From assembly GCA_963733765.1 (NCBI GenBank), contig CAVTEI010000003.1:1370671-1434670 (forward strand): DNA of 64,000 nucleotides, given 5' to 3'. Shown in pieces: positions 41,299 through 51,176 of this stretch; the stretch's first letter is position 1, and each line of letters begins with the position of its first letter. Below the pieces are notes generated by a model. The model did no database searches, had not been told where the DNA came from, and saw only the letters and a list, made by a program, of their open reading frames with translations. The translations under genes were made by a program, and so were the position numbers. This DNA is from an uncultured Acidimicrobiales bacterium (GTDB lineage: Bacteria > Actinomycetota > Acidimicrobiia > Acidimicrobiales > DATKAS01).

Positions 41299-42396
41299 TC
41301 AGATGTTGGGCGGCAGAAGGCGGGCGACGTTCTCGTAGAAGAAGTAGAGAACGAAGAGGAACGGGATGACGGCGAGCAGGTAGGCGGCCCACCGCTTCCA
41401 GTGCCGGCCGAGGAACCAGAAGCCGACGGCGACGGCGGTGGCGAGGAGACCCCACAGGATCGTCGGCAGCCACGCACTCGAGTCGCTGAACCATCCGGCG
41501 CTGAACGAGTCGAGCGCTGCGATCGTCGGGTCTTCGACCGGCTCGACGATCGTCTGCTCGTCGCCGTTGTCCACCGGCGGTGCCACCACCGTTGTAACGG
41601 CCGCTGGCAATGCATCCTGCACCGACGTGTCGAGCCGAGCCTTCACGATGATGCGCTGCCGCGAGCTGTAGCGCGGGTTGCAGGAAGTGAGCGTGAGCGT
41701 GGCGTCGGGCGTCTGATCGAGCACGCTGAAGTCGGTCGGCTTCACGATCAGGGTCTCGGTCACGAGGTACCGGAACCGTCCCTGCACGGTCGTCACGACG
41801 ATCGTGTCGCCCGCAACGAGCTCGTCGACGCGGAAGAACGGCGCGCCGTAGGTCGTGCGGTGGCCGGCGATCGCGGAGTTGCCGACCTGCCCGGGCATCG
41901 GCGTCTGGGGATAGTGCCCGGGCCCCTTGCGCAGGTCCGACACTGCAACGCCGGCGACCACGATCTTGTCGACGTCGATCTTCGGGATCTCGATCCGGGC
42001 CAGCGGGTCGCCCGGCTCCACGACGGGCGGCGGCACCGCAGCGGGCGCGACAGTCGTCGTGGGGGCAATAGAGGAAGCCGAGGACGGCCGGGTCGTCGTC
42101 TCCCGGGTCGTTGTCGGCGCCGGTGTCGTGGCGATGATGCTCTCGAACTCGTTCTCGAGCTTGTTCTGCGCCCGCGCTTCCTGGATGCCGGTGCCCCACA
42201 GCTGGTACACGACGAACAGGAGGATGAGGACGCCCGCGCCGATGAGCACGCGCCCGATGCCTCCGACGACCCACCGCCAGTCGCGTGATCGCGTTTTCTT
42301 GGCGCCATCGGGGCTCAGAGACCCGTTGGCGCCAAAAGAATCAGCCACGGCTGGCGTTGGGGTGTCGAGGTCGATGCCGCCGCCGTCGACGTCCAC
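41299..42396 (-). CDS. Class E sortase with an additional C-terminal membrane segment
   Basis: N-terminal TM; LRKGPGHY, AGHRTTYGAPF, LTLTSCNP...R. Start placed at GTG 42396, 6 nt after TACCCT. Confidence 0.9.
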   Translation of the reverse strand: MDVDGGGIDLDTPTPAVADSFGANGSLSPDGAKKTRSRDWRWVVGGIGRVLIGAGVLILLFVVYQLWGTGIQEARAQNKLENEFESIIATTPAPTTTRETTTRPSSASSIAPTTTVAPAAVPPPVVEPGDPLARIEIPKIDVDKIVVAGVAVSDLRKGPGHYPQTPMPGQVGNSAIAGHRTTYGAPFFRVDELVAGDTIVVTTVQGRFRYLVTETLIVKPTDFSVLDQTPDATLTLTSCNPRYSSRQRIIVKARLDTSVQDALPAAVTTVVAPPVDNGDEQTIVEPVEDPTIAALDSFSAGWFSDSSAWLPTILWGLLATAVAVGFWFLGRHWKRWAAYLLAVIPFLFVLYFFYENVARLLPPNI

Positions 42397-42462
42397 GAGG
42401 GCAGGGTACCCAACCCCCGCATTGTCGCCTTCGCGCCCCCACAACTACGGTGAGCAGGTCTC

Positions 42463-43176
42463 ATGGACTCCGTCGTCCACCTTCGCGCGGCGGTCTCGCT
42501 GCTTGGGCGCTTCCCCGCGCTGGCCGGGGTCGATCTCGACGTGGCCCCCGGCGAGATCGTCCTGGTGCGAGGTCCGAACGGTGCCGGCAAGACCACGCTG
42601 CTCCGTCTGTGTGCGGGCCTTGCCAATCTCAGCTCGGGCGAGGCCGTGGTCCTCGGCTGCGACCTCGCGCACGACCCGCGGTCTGTCCGCCCGCGCGTCG
42701 GTCTGCTTGGTCATGCCACGGCGCTCTACGACGACCTGTCCGTCGTCGACAACGTACGGTTTTGGTCTCGCGCGGCGGGTGCTCGTGCCGCAGATGCCGA
42801 GGAGGCGATCGAGCAGCTCGGCCTGAGCGGTCGCCTCGCGAAGGTGCCCGTCGCCCGGCTGTCGGCCGGTCAACGCCGGCGCGCCGCCCTCGCGATCCTC
42901 GTCGCCCGCCGCCCGGAGCTCTGGCTGCTCGACGAGCCCCATGCGGGCCTCGACGCGACCGGCCGCGACCTCGTCGACGACCTCGTTCGCCGAGCTGCCG
43001 CCGCCGGCGCCACGGTCCTGATCGCATCGCACGAGCTCGACCGAGCCGTGCCGCTCGCGGGCCGCACGGTCACGCTGGTCGGCGGCCGGCTCCAGGCTGT
43101 GCCCCAAGAGACTGTGCCCGAGAAGACCCTGCCCCAGAAGACCGTGCCCCAAGCGGAGTCGGTCCGTGTTCCGTGA
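42463..43176 (+). CDS. ccmA: Heme ABC exporter ATP-binding subunit
   Basis: GPNGAGKT, LSAGQRRR, WLLDEP; first gene of the ccm operon. Confidence 0.9.
   Translation: MDSVVHLRAAVSLLGRFPALAGVDLDVAPGEIVLVRGPNGAGKTTLLRLCAGLANLSSGEAVVLGCDLAHDPRSVRPRVGLLGHATALYDDLSVVDNVRFWSRAAGARAADAEEAIEQLGLSGRLAKVPVARLSAGQRRRAALAILVARRPELWLLDEPHAGLDATGRDLVDDLVRRAAAAGATVLIASHELDRAVPLAGRTVTLVGGRLQAVPQETVPEKTLPQKTVPQAESVRVP
43097..43156 (+). repeat. Four degenerate 15-bp repeats encoding the CcmA tail VPQET/VPEKT/LPQKT/VPQAE
   Basis: CTGTGCCCCAAGAGA, CTGTGCCCGAGAAGA, CCCTGCCCCAGAAGA, CCGTGCCCCAAGCGG. Confidence 0.8.
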
Positions 43177-43834
43177 CGCGGCTCTCATCGCGGGCAAGGA
43201 CCTTCGGATAGAAGCGCGGTCTCGCGTCGCGACGAACCAGATCGCGCCGTTCGCGGTGCTCGTGCTGATCCTCTTCGCTTTCGCCCTCGATCCCGACCGC
43301 GGCATCCTCGCCCGCGCGACTGCCGGGCTTTTCTGGATCACGGTGCTGTTCTGCGCGCTGCTCGCCATCCAGCGGGGCTTCTCGATCGAGTCGGCCGACG
43401 GCAACCGAGACGCACTGCGCCTCACGTCTCTCGACCCCGCCGGGATCTTCCTGGGCAAGGCCAGTGCGATCGCGCTCGAGCTGCTCGGGCTCGAAGTGCT
43501 GCTGCTGATCGGCGTCGTCGTCCTCTACGACGCGTCACTCGACAGCGCCGGACTGCTCGCGCTCACGATCGTCACCGCGACCGCCGGTCTCGCGGCCGCC
43601 GGTACCCTCTACGGCGTCCTCGCCGCCGGGCTCAGAGTTCGGGAGACCTTGCTTCCCCTGCTCCTGCTCCCAGTGGTGGCGCCGGTGCTCATCGGGGCCA
43701 CGAGGGCGTTCGAGGCGGCGCTCGCCGGCTCGCCCTCCGAGGGCTGGCCGTGGGTCGGCCTCCTCGGCGTCTTCGCCCTCGTCTACACGGCGCTCGGGCT
43801 CGTTGCCTTCGGACCGCTCCTCGAGGAGTCGTGA
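43166..43834 (+). CDS. ccmB: Heme exporter permease
   Basis: KDLRIEARSR, GLFWITVLF, IFLGKA, LLPLLLLPVVAPVLI. Confidence 0.92.
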   Translation: MFRDAALIAGKDLRIEARSRVATNQIAPFAVLVLILFAFALDPDRGILARATAGLFWITVLFCALLAIQRGFSIESADGNRDALRLTSLDPAGIFLGKASAIALELLGLEVLLLIGVVVLYDASLDSAGLLALTIVTATAGLAAAGTLYGVLAAGLRVRETLLPLLLLPVVAPVLIGATRAFEAALAGSPSEGWPWVGLLGVFALVYTALGLVAFGPLLEES

Positions 43835-44607
43835 TGCTCGACCAGCAGGCTGAGACGTCCAGCGGCGCCGGGTCGGTGACCTCCACCGGCACGAAGGCGA
43901 CCCGCGCGCTCGGCATCGCCTGTCTCGCCGGCACCGCGCTCCTCGTGTTCCTCGGCCTCGTCGGCACTCCCGAAGACGAGGTCCAGGGTGACAGCGTCCG
44001 CCTCCTCTACATCCACGCGCCCGCCATGTGGGTCGCGTACCTCGCGTTCGGCATCACCGCTCTCGGCAGCGTGATGTACCTCTGGAAGCGCACCCGCTCG
44101 CTCACCTGGGATCGCGTCGCGGGAGCGTCCGCCGAGATCGGTGTCGTGTTCACTGCGGTCGGTCTCGTGACGGGGATGATCTGGGGCCATCTGTCGTGGG
44201 GCGTCTTCTGGACATGGGACGCACGGCTCACGACGACTTCACTCCTGTTCGTCCTCTTCCTCGGCTACCTCGCGCTCAGGCGCATGCCGGCCGAGCCGCA
44301 TGTGCGGGCGAAGCGCGCCGCGATCCTCGGCATCATCGCGTTCATCGACGTGCCGATCGTCCACCAATCGGTCGAGTGGTGGCGCACGCTCCATCAGGAC
44401 GCGACGGTGTTGCGCCGCGACCTCGACGTCCAGGTCGACGGCATCATGCTGTTCACGCTGTTCCTGGGCTTCATCGTGTTCACGTCGATCTACGCGTGGC
44501 TGCTGTTGCATCGCCACCGTGTCGCAGTGATGGAGGACGCGCTCGACGAGCACGGTCTCGAGCTCGCGATCGAGGAACGACACGCCGAAGGGATGGCGAC
44601 GGCATGA
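43834..44607 (+). CDS. ccmC: Heme exporter/chaperone loader
   Basis: YIHAP, WWD motif GMIWGHLSWGVFWTWDARLT, SVEWWRTLHQ. Confidence 0.95.
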   Translation: MLDQQAETSSGAGSVTSTGTKATRALGIACLAGTALLVFLGLVGTPEDEVQGDSVRLLYIHAPAMWVAYLAFGITALGSVMYLWKRTRSLTWDRVAGASAEIGVVFTAVGLVTGMIWGHLSWGVFWTWDARLTTTSLLFVLFLGYLALRRMPAEPHVRAKRAAILGIIAFIDVPIVHQSVEWWRTLHQDATVLRRDLDVQVDGIMLFTLFLGFIVFTSIYAWLLLHRHRVAVMEDALDEHGLELAIEERHAEGMATA

Positions 44608-44738
44608 CCGACGCCGGATGGATCCTCTCGGGCTGGGCCATCGTGCTCGGCGGCATCGGTGCGTACGCGCTGCGCGTCATCACGCGTGGGCGCTCGCTCG
44701 CAAAGCAGCTGCCCGATGAGGACAAGACGTGGACCTGA
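44604..44738 (+). CDS. ccmD: CcmD-like small single-TM protein
   Basis: 44 aa MTDAGWILSGWAIVLGGIGAYALRVITRGRSL...; coupled between ccmC and ccmE. Confidence 0.7.
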   Translation: MTDAGWILSGWAIVLGGIGAYALRVITRGRSLAKQLPDEDKTWT

Positions 44739-45208
44739 CACCACGCACCGGGCCCGACGCGGCAGTCGCGTCAGCCGCCCGCACGCGCGCACCCTCCACG
44801 CGTGGCCGCAAGATCGGCGTGAGCGTCGTGCTCGCTCTCGTGCTCGCCGCGGGAGCGATCATCCTCTTCCAGGGCCTCAGCAACGCGACGATGTACTTCT
44901 ACAACGCGGACGAGGCGGTCGCGAAGCGCGCGGCGCTCGAGGACAAGCGCTTCCGGCTGCAGGGCGAGGTCGTGCCCGGCACGATTCGGGAAGAGGGCGA
45001 CCTCGTCGCGTTCGACGTGCGGTTCAACGAGGTGACGGTGGCGGTGCAGAACGAGGGCAGCCCGCCCGACCTCTTCCAGGAGGGGATCCCGGTCGTGCTC
45101 GAGGGCCGCTGGGCGGGGGAGACGTTCGCGAGCGACCGGATCCTCGTGAAGCACAGCTCCGAGTACAAGGCGGAGAACCCCGATCGGGTGCCCGCCGATG
45201 CTCCCTAG
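44729..45208 (+). CDS. ccmE: Heme chaperone
   Basis: TM, RLQGEVVPG, PDLFQEG, HxxxY motif KHSSEY. Confidence 0.95.
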   Translation: MDLTPRTGPDAAVASAARTRAPSTRGRKIGVSVVLALVLAAGAIILFQGLSNATMYFYNADEAVAKRAALEDKRFRLQGEVVPGTIREEGDLVAFDVRFNEVTVAVQNEGSPPDLFQEGIPVVLEGRWAGETFASDRILVKHSSEYKAENPDRVPADAP

Positions 45209-45214
45209 TCGCGC

Positions 45215-47215
45215 ATGAACGCGGCCCTCGGGACAGCCGGCGTCGCGCTCGGCCTCGCGGCTGCGGTCGTCGGCGCGGTCACGCTCGTCGTCGGCCTCGT
45301 GACGGGTCGCCCTTCGCTGCTGCGTTCATCCCGCCTGTACGTCGGGTTGCTCGCGGCTGGCGCCTTGCTCGCCTTCATCGCGATGGAGCGCGCGCTCATC
45401 ACCCGCGACTTCTCCCTCGAGTACGTCGCCCGCAACGGCAGCACCCGCACGCCCGCCCTGTTCAACTTCGCCGCGCTGTGGTCGGCCCTCGAGGGCTCGA
45501 TCATCCTCTGGGCGCTGATCCTGTCCGGCTACACCGCGGTCGTCGTCCATCACTTCCGGACGCGCCTCACCGACCCCCTCGTCGGATGGGCGCTCGCCAC
45601 GATGCTTGCGGTCGCGGCGTTCTTCTTCTTTCTGTTGCTCGGCCCCGCCAACCCGTTCACCGAGGTGCAGGGGGTCATCCCGACCGAGGGGCCGGGCCCG
45701 AACCCGCTGCTGCAGAACCACATCCTCATGGCGTTCCACCCGCCGATGCTCTATCTCGGGTACGTCGGGTTCACCGTTCCGTTCGCGTTCGCGATCGCGG
45801 CCCTCGTCACGGGACGAGTCGGCGAAGGGTGGCTGCTCGAGACACGACGCTGGACGCTCTTCGCGTGGGGATTCCTCACCGTCGGCATCATCCTCGGCGC
45901 GTGGTGGAGCTACGAGGTGCTCGGGTGGGGCGGCTACTGGGCGTGGGACCCGGTCGAGAACGCGTCGTTCCTGCCGTGGCTCACCGGCACGGCATACCTG
46001 CACTCGGTGATGGTGCAGGAGCGACGCGGCATGTTGCGGGTCTGGAACCTCTCACTTCTCTGTGCGACCTTCTCACTCACGATCCTGGGCACCTTCCTCA
46101 CCCGCTCGGGTGTCCTCGACTCGGTGCACGCGTTCACCGAGAGTCAGATCGGCCCCGCGATCCTCACGTTCTTCGCCATCGTGGTGCTCGGCTCGGTGAG
46201 CCTGATCGGCTGGCGGGCGGATCGGCTGCGGTCGCCGGGGTCGATCGACTCGCCGATCTCGCGCGAGGGTGCGTTTCTCGCGAACAACGTGCTGTTCGCG
46301 GCGTTCGCCTTCGTCGTGCTCCTGGGGACCGTGTTCCCGCTCGTGCTCGAGGCGGCGAACGGCGAGCGCATCTCGATCGGGCGCCCCTACTTCGATCGCA
46401 TGACGATGCCGATCGGCATCGCCCTCCTCTTCCTCATGGCGGTCGCGCCCGTGCTCCCATGGCGGAAGGCGTCGGGTGAGCTCCTGCGCCACCGCCTCGT
46501 GTGGCCGGCGTGGATCGGCACCGGCGTCGTCGTCATCGCGGTGGCGTTCGGAGCCCGCGGCCTCGCCCCGCTTCTCGCTTTCGGACTCGGTGGATTCGCG
46601 GCGGGCTCGGCGCTGCGTCAGATCGTGCTCGCCACCCGGCGACAGGGATGGCATGGGCTCGTCGGCCGCGCGAACGGCGGGATGATCGTGCACGTCGGCG
46701 TCGTGATCATCGCGGTCGCGCTGGCGGCTTCCTCCTCGTACAGCCACTCAGGGGAGTTCCTGCTCGCGCCCGGAGAGTCGGCCACCCTCGCCGGCCATCG
46801 CATCACCTACCTCGGCATCGAGCGGGCCGAGGAGGAGGCCAAGACGGTCACGCGCGCTCGAGTGCAGATCGACGGCGGCCAGATCTACGAGCCCGCGCTC
46901 TCGCGGTTCCCGGGCGGCAGCAACACGATCGGCACCCCGTCGGTGCGCACGGGCATCACTGGCGACGTGTACCTGACGCTGCTGGACGTGCCCGACGAGG
47001 ACGGCGGGCAGGCTCGCATCGGCATGCTCGTGATGCCGCTCGCCGTGTGGCTCTGGATCGGCGGCACGGTCATGGCCATGGGAACCCTGCTCGCGGCGTG
47101 GCCCGGCCGCCGTCGACGTCCGACCGATCCGGTGTCCGCACCGGTGCCGGAGCGCGAGCCTGCCGCACCGGGCGAGCCCGTCGGCGAACCGGTGGGAGCG
47201 GGTGTCGATGGCTGA
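45215..47215 (+). CDS. ccmF: Heme lyase
   Basis: WSALEGS, NPLLQN, HPPMLYLGY, WSYEVLGWGGYWAWDPVEN, FLTRSG...SVHAF. Confidence 0.97.
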   Translation: MNAALGTAGVALGLAAAVVGAVTLVVGLVTGRPSLLRSSRLYVGLLAAGALLAFIAMERALITRDFSLEYVARNGSTRTPALFNFAALWSALEGSIILWALILSGYTAVVVHHFRTRLTDPLVGWALATMLAVAAFFFFLLLGPANPFTEVQGVIPTEGPGPNPLLQNHILMAFHPPMLYLGYVGFTVPFAFAIAALVTGRVGEGWLLETRRWTLFAWGFLTVGIILGAWWSYEVLGWGGYWAWDPVENASFLPWLTGTAYLHSVMVQERRGMLRVWNLSLLCATFSLTILGTFLTRSGVLDSVHAFTESQIGPAILTFFAIVVLGSVSLIGWRADRLRSPGSIDSPISREGAFLANNVLFAAFAFVVLLGTVFPLVLEAANGERISIGRPYFDRMTMPIGIALLFLMAVAPVLPWRKASGELLRHRLVWPAWIGTGVVVIAVAFGARGLAPLLAFGLGGFAAGSALRQIVLATRRQGWHGLVGRANGGMIVHVGVVIIAVALAASSSYSHSGEFLLAPGESATLAGHRITYLGIERAEEEAKTVTRARVQIDGGQIYEPALSRFPGGSNTIGTPSVRTGITGDVYLTLLDVPDEDGGQARIGMLVMPLAVWLWIGGTVMAMGTLLAAWPGRRRRPTDPVSAPVPEREPAAPGEPVGEPVGAGVDG

Positions 47216-47840
47216 CACCGAGAACCGTGACACCGAGAATCCGGCGACCGAACCCGGGGCGACACTGCCGCCCCGCCGCCGCATTGGTGTGGCCGTCGCC
47301 ATCGCGATCGGGATGACGGTCGTCGCGTTCATCGCCGTGCTGGCCACGCGGTCGCCGGCCGTCGATCGTCAGTCGAAGAGCCCGCTGCTCGGCAAGCCGG
47401 CGCCCGAGATCATCGGCTCGAGCCTCTCGCCCGTCGACGGTGAGACCTACCGACTCTCGGACCGTCGCGGGCGCTTCGTTGTCGTCAACTTCTTCGCAAC
47501 GTGGTGCGCGCCCTGCATCCGGGAGCATCCCGAGCTCGTGTCGTTCGATCGGCGTCACGAGCAGATCGGCGACGCGGAAGTGATCAGCGTCGTGTTCAGC
47601 GACGACGAGTCCGCGGTGCGCGACTTCTTCGAGGAGAACGGCGGGGAGTGGGTCGTCGTCGCCGACCCGGAGGGTGTCGTCGCACTCGACTATGGCGTGA
47701 CCGGCATCCCCGAGTCGTTCGTCGTGGATCCGAACGGCTTCGTCGTGAGCAAAGTGACCGGCGGCGTCACGTCCGGCGGACTCGATGCGATCGTCGACGC
47801 GGCGTCGCGGCTCGAGGCCCCTCCGGAGAGCGACTCATGA
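47208..47840 (+). CDS. ccmG: TlpA/DsbE thiol-disulfide reductase
   Basis: NFFATWCAPCIREHP, YGVTGIPESF. Confidence 0.9.
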   Translation: MADTENRDTENPATEPGATLPPRRRIGVAVAIAIGMTVVAFIAVLATRSPAVDRQSKSPLLGKPAPEIIGSSLSPVDGETYRLSDRRGRFVVVNFFATWCAPCIREHPELVSFDRRHEQIGDAEVISVVFSDDESAVRDFFEENGGEWVVVADPEGVVALDYGVTGIPESFVVDPNGFVVSKVTGGVTSGGLDAIVDAASRLEAPPESDS

Positions 47841-48328
47841 CGAGGCAGCAGCAGCTCAACCGCGTCGCGTGGATGGTGCTGGTGCCCGTCTTGCTCGTGG
47901 CGTTGCTCTTCGGCACGTTCGGTGGGCGCGGACCTCGCACGAATGCCGACCGCGTCAACGCCATCGCGTCCGAGTTCAAGTGCCCGACCTGCCGGAGTGA
48001 GTCGGTCGAGACGTCGAATGCGCAGACCTCGCGCATCATCCGTGCCGACATCGCTCGGCGTGTGGAGGCGGGCGAGTCCGACGACGAGATCCGGGCCTAT
48101 CTGATCAGTCGCTACGGCGAGGAGTACCTGCTTACGCCCCAAGCCACCGGTGCCAGCAGCGTCGTGTGGATCCTGCCCGTGATGGTCATCGTCGCCGCCA
48201 TAGCAGGGCTCGCGGTCGCGTTTCGCCGGTGGCGCGCCACACCGTCCGGGCCCGAGCTGACCGACGCCGATCGTCGCCTGGTCGACGCGGCGCGACGAGT
48301 CGAGCGGACGCACACCAATGGCGACTGA
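47837..48328 (+). CDS. ccmH: Cytochrome c biogenesis protein
   Basis: FKCPTCRSES...SDDEIRAYLISRYGE...WILP. Confidence 0.92.
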   Translation: MTRQQQLNRVAWMVLVPVLLVALLFGTFGGRGPRTNADRVNAIASEFKCPTCRSESVETSNAQTSRIIRADIARRVEAGESDDEIRAYLISRYGEEYLLTPQATGASSVVWILPVMVIVAAIAGLAVAFRRWRATPSGPELTDADRRLVDAARRVERTHTNGD

Positions 48329-49082
48329 CGCACGCCTCGATCTCGACGAGCTCGCCCGCCTCGAGGAGGAGCGTGCCTTCCTGCTCAAGTCCCTCGACGA
48401 CCTCGAGCGCGAACGCGAGGCCGGCGACATCGACGAGCACGACTACGAGACCCTCAAGGACGACTACACCCGGCGTGCTGTGACCGTCCTCCGGGCGATC
48501 GAGGCCGGCAAGGCGAAGTTCGCCCCGCCCCGTCCGGGAGGCGCGCGGACGGCACTGATCGTGGGCGCCGTCGCGGCGGTGGCGGTAGTCGCTGGTCTCG
48601 TGATGGCGCGCGCGGCGGGCCTGCGCCTGCCGGGAGAGTCCGCCTCCGGGAGCATCAGCCAGAACAGCAACAGCCTTCTGGTCGAAGCCCGCGGGCTCCT
48701 CGCCTCGGGCGACGCGGTCGAGGCCATCCGGCTCTACGACGAGGTGCTCACCCTGCAACCCGACAACCCCGAGGCTCTGGCCTACCGCGGGTGGCTGCTG
48801 TACCAAACCGCGGAGCCCGAGCTGATGGCCGAGGGCAAGGAGCTCGTCGCTCGCGCGGTCGCCGCCGATGCCGCGTATCCCGACGCGCACTTCTTCCTCG
48901 GCTTCGTGCTCCGCGAGGACGGTGACCTCGAGGGTGCGCTCGCGGAGTGGGACGCCTACCTCGCGCTCGACCCGCCGTCTGGGGCGGCGCAGGCCGTGCA
49001 ACAGGCCGCCGACGAGGTTCGTCTCGAGCTCGGCCTGCCCGTGGAGCCCGGCGGCGTGGGGGCTGCTACAACCGCACCGTGA
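48318..49082 (+). CDS. CcmI/CycH-like TPR protein
   Basis: LDDLEREREAGDIDEHDYETL, TM, then TPR repeats. Confidence 0.8.
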   Translation: MATDARLDLDELARLEEERAFLLKSLDDLEREREAGDIDEHDYETLKDDYTRRAVTVLRAIEAGKAKFAPPRPGGARTALIVGAVAAVAVVAGLVMARAAGLRLPGESASGSISQNSNSLLVEARGLLASGDAVEAIRLYDEVLTLQPDNPEALAYRGWLLYQTAEPELMAEGKELVARAVAADAAYPDAHFFLGFVLREDGDLEGALAEWDAYLALDPPSGAAQAVQQAADEVRLELGLPVEPGGVGAATTAP

Positions 49083-50407
49083 CCGTTCGCCTCGGGGGAG
49101 GTCAGGGCTTCTACGGCGACGGCCTCGGCCCGGTGCCCGACGTGCTCGAAGCCGGCGTCGACTACCTCGTCTGCGAGGCCCTCGCCGAGCTCACGCTGGC
49201 GATCCTGCAGAAGGACCGCCAGCGCGACGAGTCGCTCGGGTTCACCCGCGACCTGCCCGCGTACGTCCGTGCCGCCTTGCCCTACGTCGTCGACGGCCGC
49301 ACGCGGTTCATCACCAACGCGGGAGGCATCAACCCGGTTGCGGCGGGTCGGGCAGTGGTGGCGACGCTGAAGGAGGCTGGGGCGACCGGGCTCACCGTGG
49401 CAACGATCGTCGGCGACGACGTGCGCCCGCGCGCCGATGAGCTCGGGCTCCCGGCCGACGCGCTGTTCGCGAACGCATACCTCGGCGCCCGTCCGATCGT
49501 CGAGGCCCTCGACGCCGGCGCTCACGTGGTGGTCACCGGCCGGGTCGCGGACGCATCGCTGTTCCTCGCCCCGCTTGTGCACGAGCACCGGTGGGCGTGG
49601 GACGACTGGGATCGCCTCGCGGCCGGCGTGGTGATCGGCCACCTCCTCGAGTGCAGCGGCCAGGTCGCGGGCGGCAACTACTCGGGACCCTGGTGGACGA
49701 ACCCGAATCCCCTGCGCATCGCCTTCCCGATCGCGGAATGTGATCCTGACGGGAGCGCCATCATCACCAAACCTCCGCAGTCGGGCGGGATGATCACGTT
49801 CGACACCGTGCGCGAGCAGCTGCTGTACGAGGTGCACGACCCGGCGCGCTACCTCAACCCCGATGTCGTCGCCGACTTCACATCGCTCACGGTGACCGAT
49901 CTCGGCAGCGATCGCGTGAGGGTGGCCGGCACTCGTGGACTGCCGGCGCCACCGACCTACAAAGGGCTCGTGTGCACGCCCGCCGGTTGGGCCGGCGAGG
50001 CCACCTTCGCGTATCCGTGGCCCGACGCCGAAGCCAAGGCGCGGGCGGCGGTGCGTTGGGTCAAGCAGCGTGCGATCGACGCGGGCGTACCCGTCGAGGA
50101 ATGGCTCGAGGAGTACTTCGGCGTGAACGCGTTCGGCGGTGCCACCGTGGATCTCGACACGGCGGACGTCGACGGGTGCGAGCCGCCCGAGGTGATGGGA
50201 CGGCTGGCGTGGCGGTGCGCGGATCCAGAAACCGCGGCGCGCGTGAGCCAGGGCACCGGCGTGCTCGGCCTCTCCGGCCCCCCGACGATCGCGGGGTTCG
50301 GCCGCGCCCGCGGGGGCAAGCCCACCCAGCTGCTCGCCGTCGACGCGTTCGCGGTTGATCGCCACCTTGTCGACAGCCAGGTGCGCGTCGATCTCGTCGA
50401 GGTGTGA
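49079..50407 (+). CDS. Acyclic terpene utilisation AtuA family (DUF1446) protein
   Basis: VRLGGGQGFYGD, EALAELT, NAYLGARPI, GRVADAS, GHLLECSGQ, EQLLYEVHDP...PDV. Confidence 0.92.
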   Translation: MTVRLGGGQGFYGDGLGPVPDVLEAGVDYLVCEALAELTLAILQKDRQRDESLGFTRDLPAYVRAALPYVVDGRTRFITNAGGINPVAAGRAVVATLKEAGATGLTVATIVGDDVRPRADELGLPADALFANAYLGARPIVEALDAGAHVVVTGRVADASLFLAPLVHEHRWAWDDWDRLAAGVVIGHLLECSGQVAGGNYSGPWWTNPNPLRIAFPIAECDPDGSAIITKPPQSGGMITFDTVREQLLYEVHDPARYLNPDVVADFTSLTVTDLGSDRVRVAGTRGLPAPPTYKGLVCTPAGWAGEATFAYPWPDAEAKARAAVRWVKQRAIDAGVPVEEWLEEYFGVNAFGGATVDLDTADVDGCEPPEVMGRLAWRCADPETAARVSQGTGVLGLSGPPTIAGFGRARGGKPTQLLAVDAFAVDRHLVDSQVRVDLVEV

Positions 50408-50462
50408 GCAAACAACCAGACACCCACCCTCAACTGGGCGAAGTGCGATACGGTCCGCCGCC

Positions 50463-51161
50463 GTGAGCAACCTGCCGCCTCCTCCGCCCGCGCCGCCGAC
50501 GCCACCCAACCCGCCGACCCCACCGCCCGGTGGTCCCGCGGGGCCTCCGCCCGGCATGCCCGGTACGGGCGACAGCGCGGCGGGAAGCTATCCCGCGGCG
50601 TGGTCGCTCGACGCGCCGCTCGAGATCGCCCGGTGGCGGCCGTTCGTGCACTGGCTGCTGATCATCCCGCAGGCAGTGGTGGCCTACTTCCTGTCTCTCC
50701 TCGCGAGCGCGCTCACCTTCATCGCGTTCTTCATCATCTTGTTCACCAAGGTGTATCCGGAGAGCCTCTTCAACGTCATGGTGATGTGCGAGCGGTACCA
50801 GTACCGCGTCATGTCCTACGCGATGTTCCTCCGCGAGCCGTATCCACCGTTCACGTTCGAGACCGTCACGGCCGATCCCGGCGATGACCCATCGAGGCTG
50901 TCCGTCGTTTATCCCCGTGAGCTGAACCGATGGGCGCCGCTCTACAAGTGGTTCATCGCGATCCCGCACTACATCGTGCTGGCGTTCCTTTGGTTCGCCG
51001 CGGGCATCGTCCTTCTCATCTCGGCCTTCGTCATCCTGTTCACAGGGAAGTGGAACGAGGGGATGCGCAGGTTCGTGATCGGCGTGAACCGGTGGACTTG
51101 GCGCGTGACGGCCTACGTGTACCTCCTGCGCGACGAGTACCCGCCGTTCTCGCTGGACTGA
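50463..51161 (+). CDS. DUF4389 membrane protein with Pro-rich N-terminus
   Basis: Two repeats of W.L.IP...ILFT...RV..Y...L.D/E.YPPF. Confidence 0.9.
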   Translation: MSNLPPPPPAPPTPPNPPTPPPGGPAGPPPGMPGTGDSAAGSYPAAWSLDAPLEIARWRPFVHWLLIIPQAVVAYFLSLLASALTFIAFFIILFTKVYPESLFNVMVMCERYQYRVMSYAMFLREPYPPFTFETVTADPGDDPSRLSVVYPRELNRWAPLYKWFIAIPHYIVLAFLWFAAGIVLLISAFVILFTGKWNEGMRRFVIGVNRWTWRVTAYVYLLRDEYPPFSLD

Positions 51162-51176
51162 CCGAGAGCGACTGAC

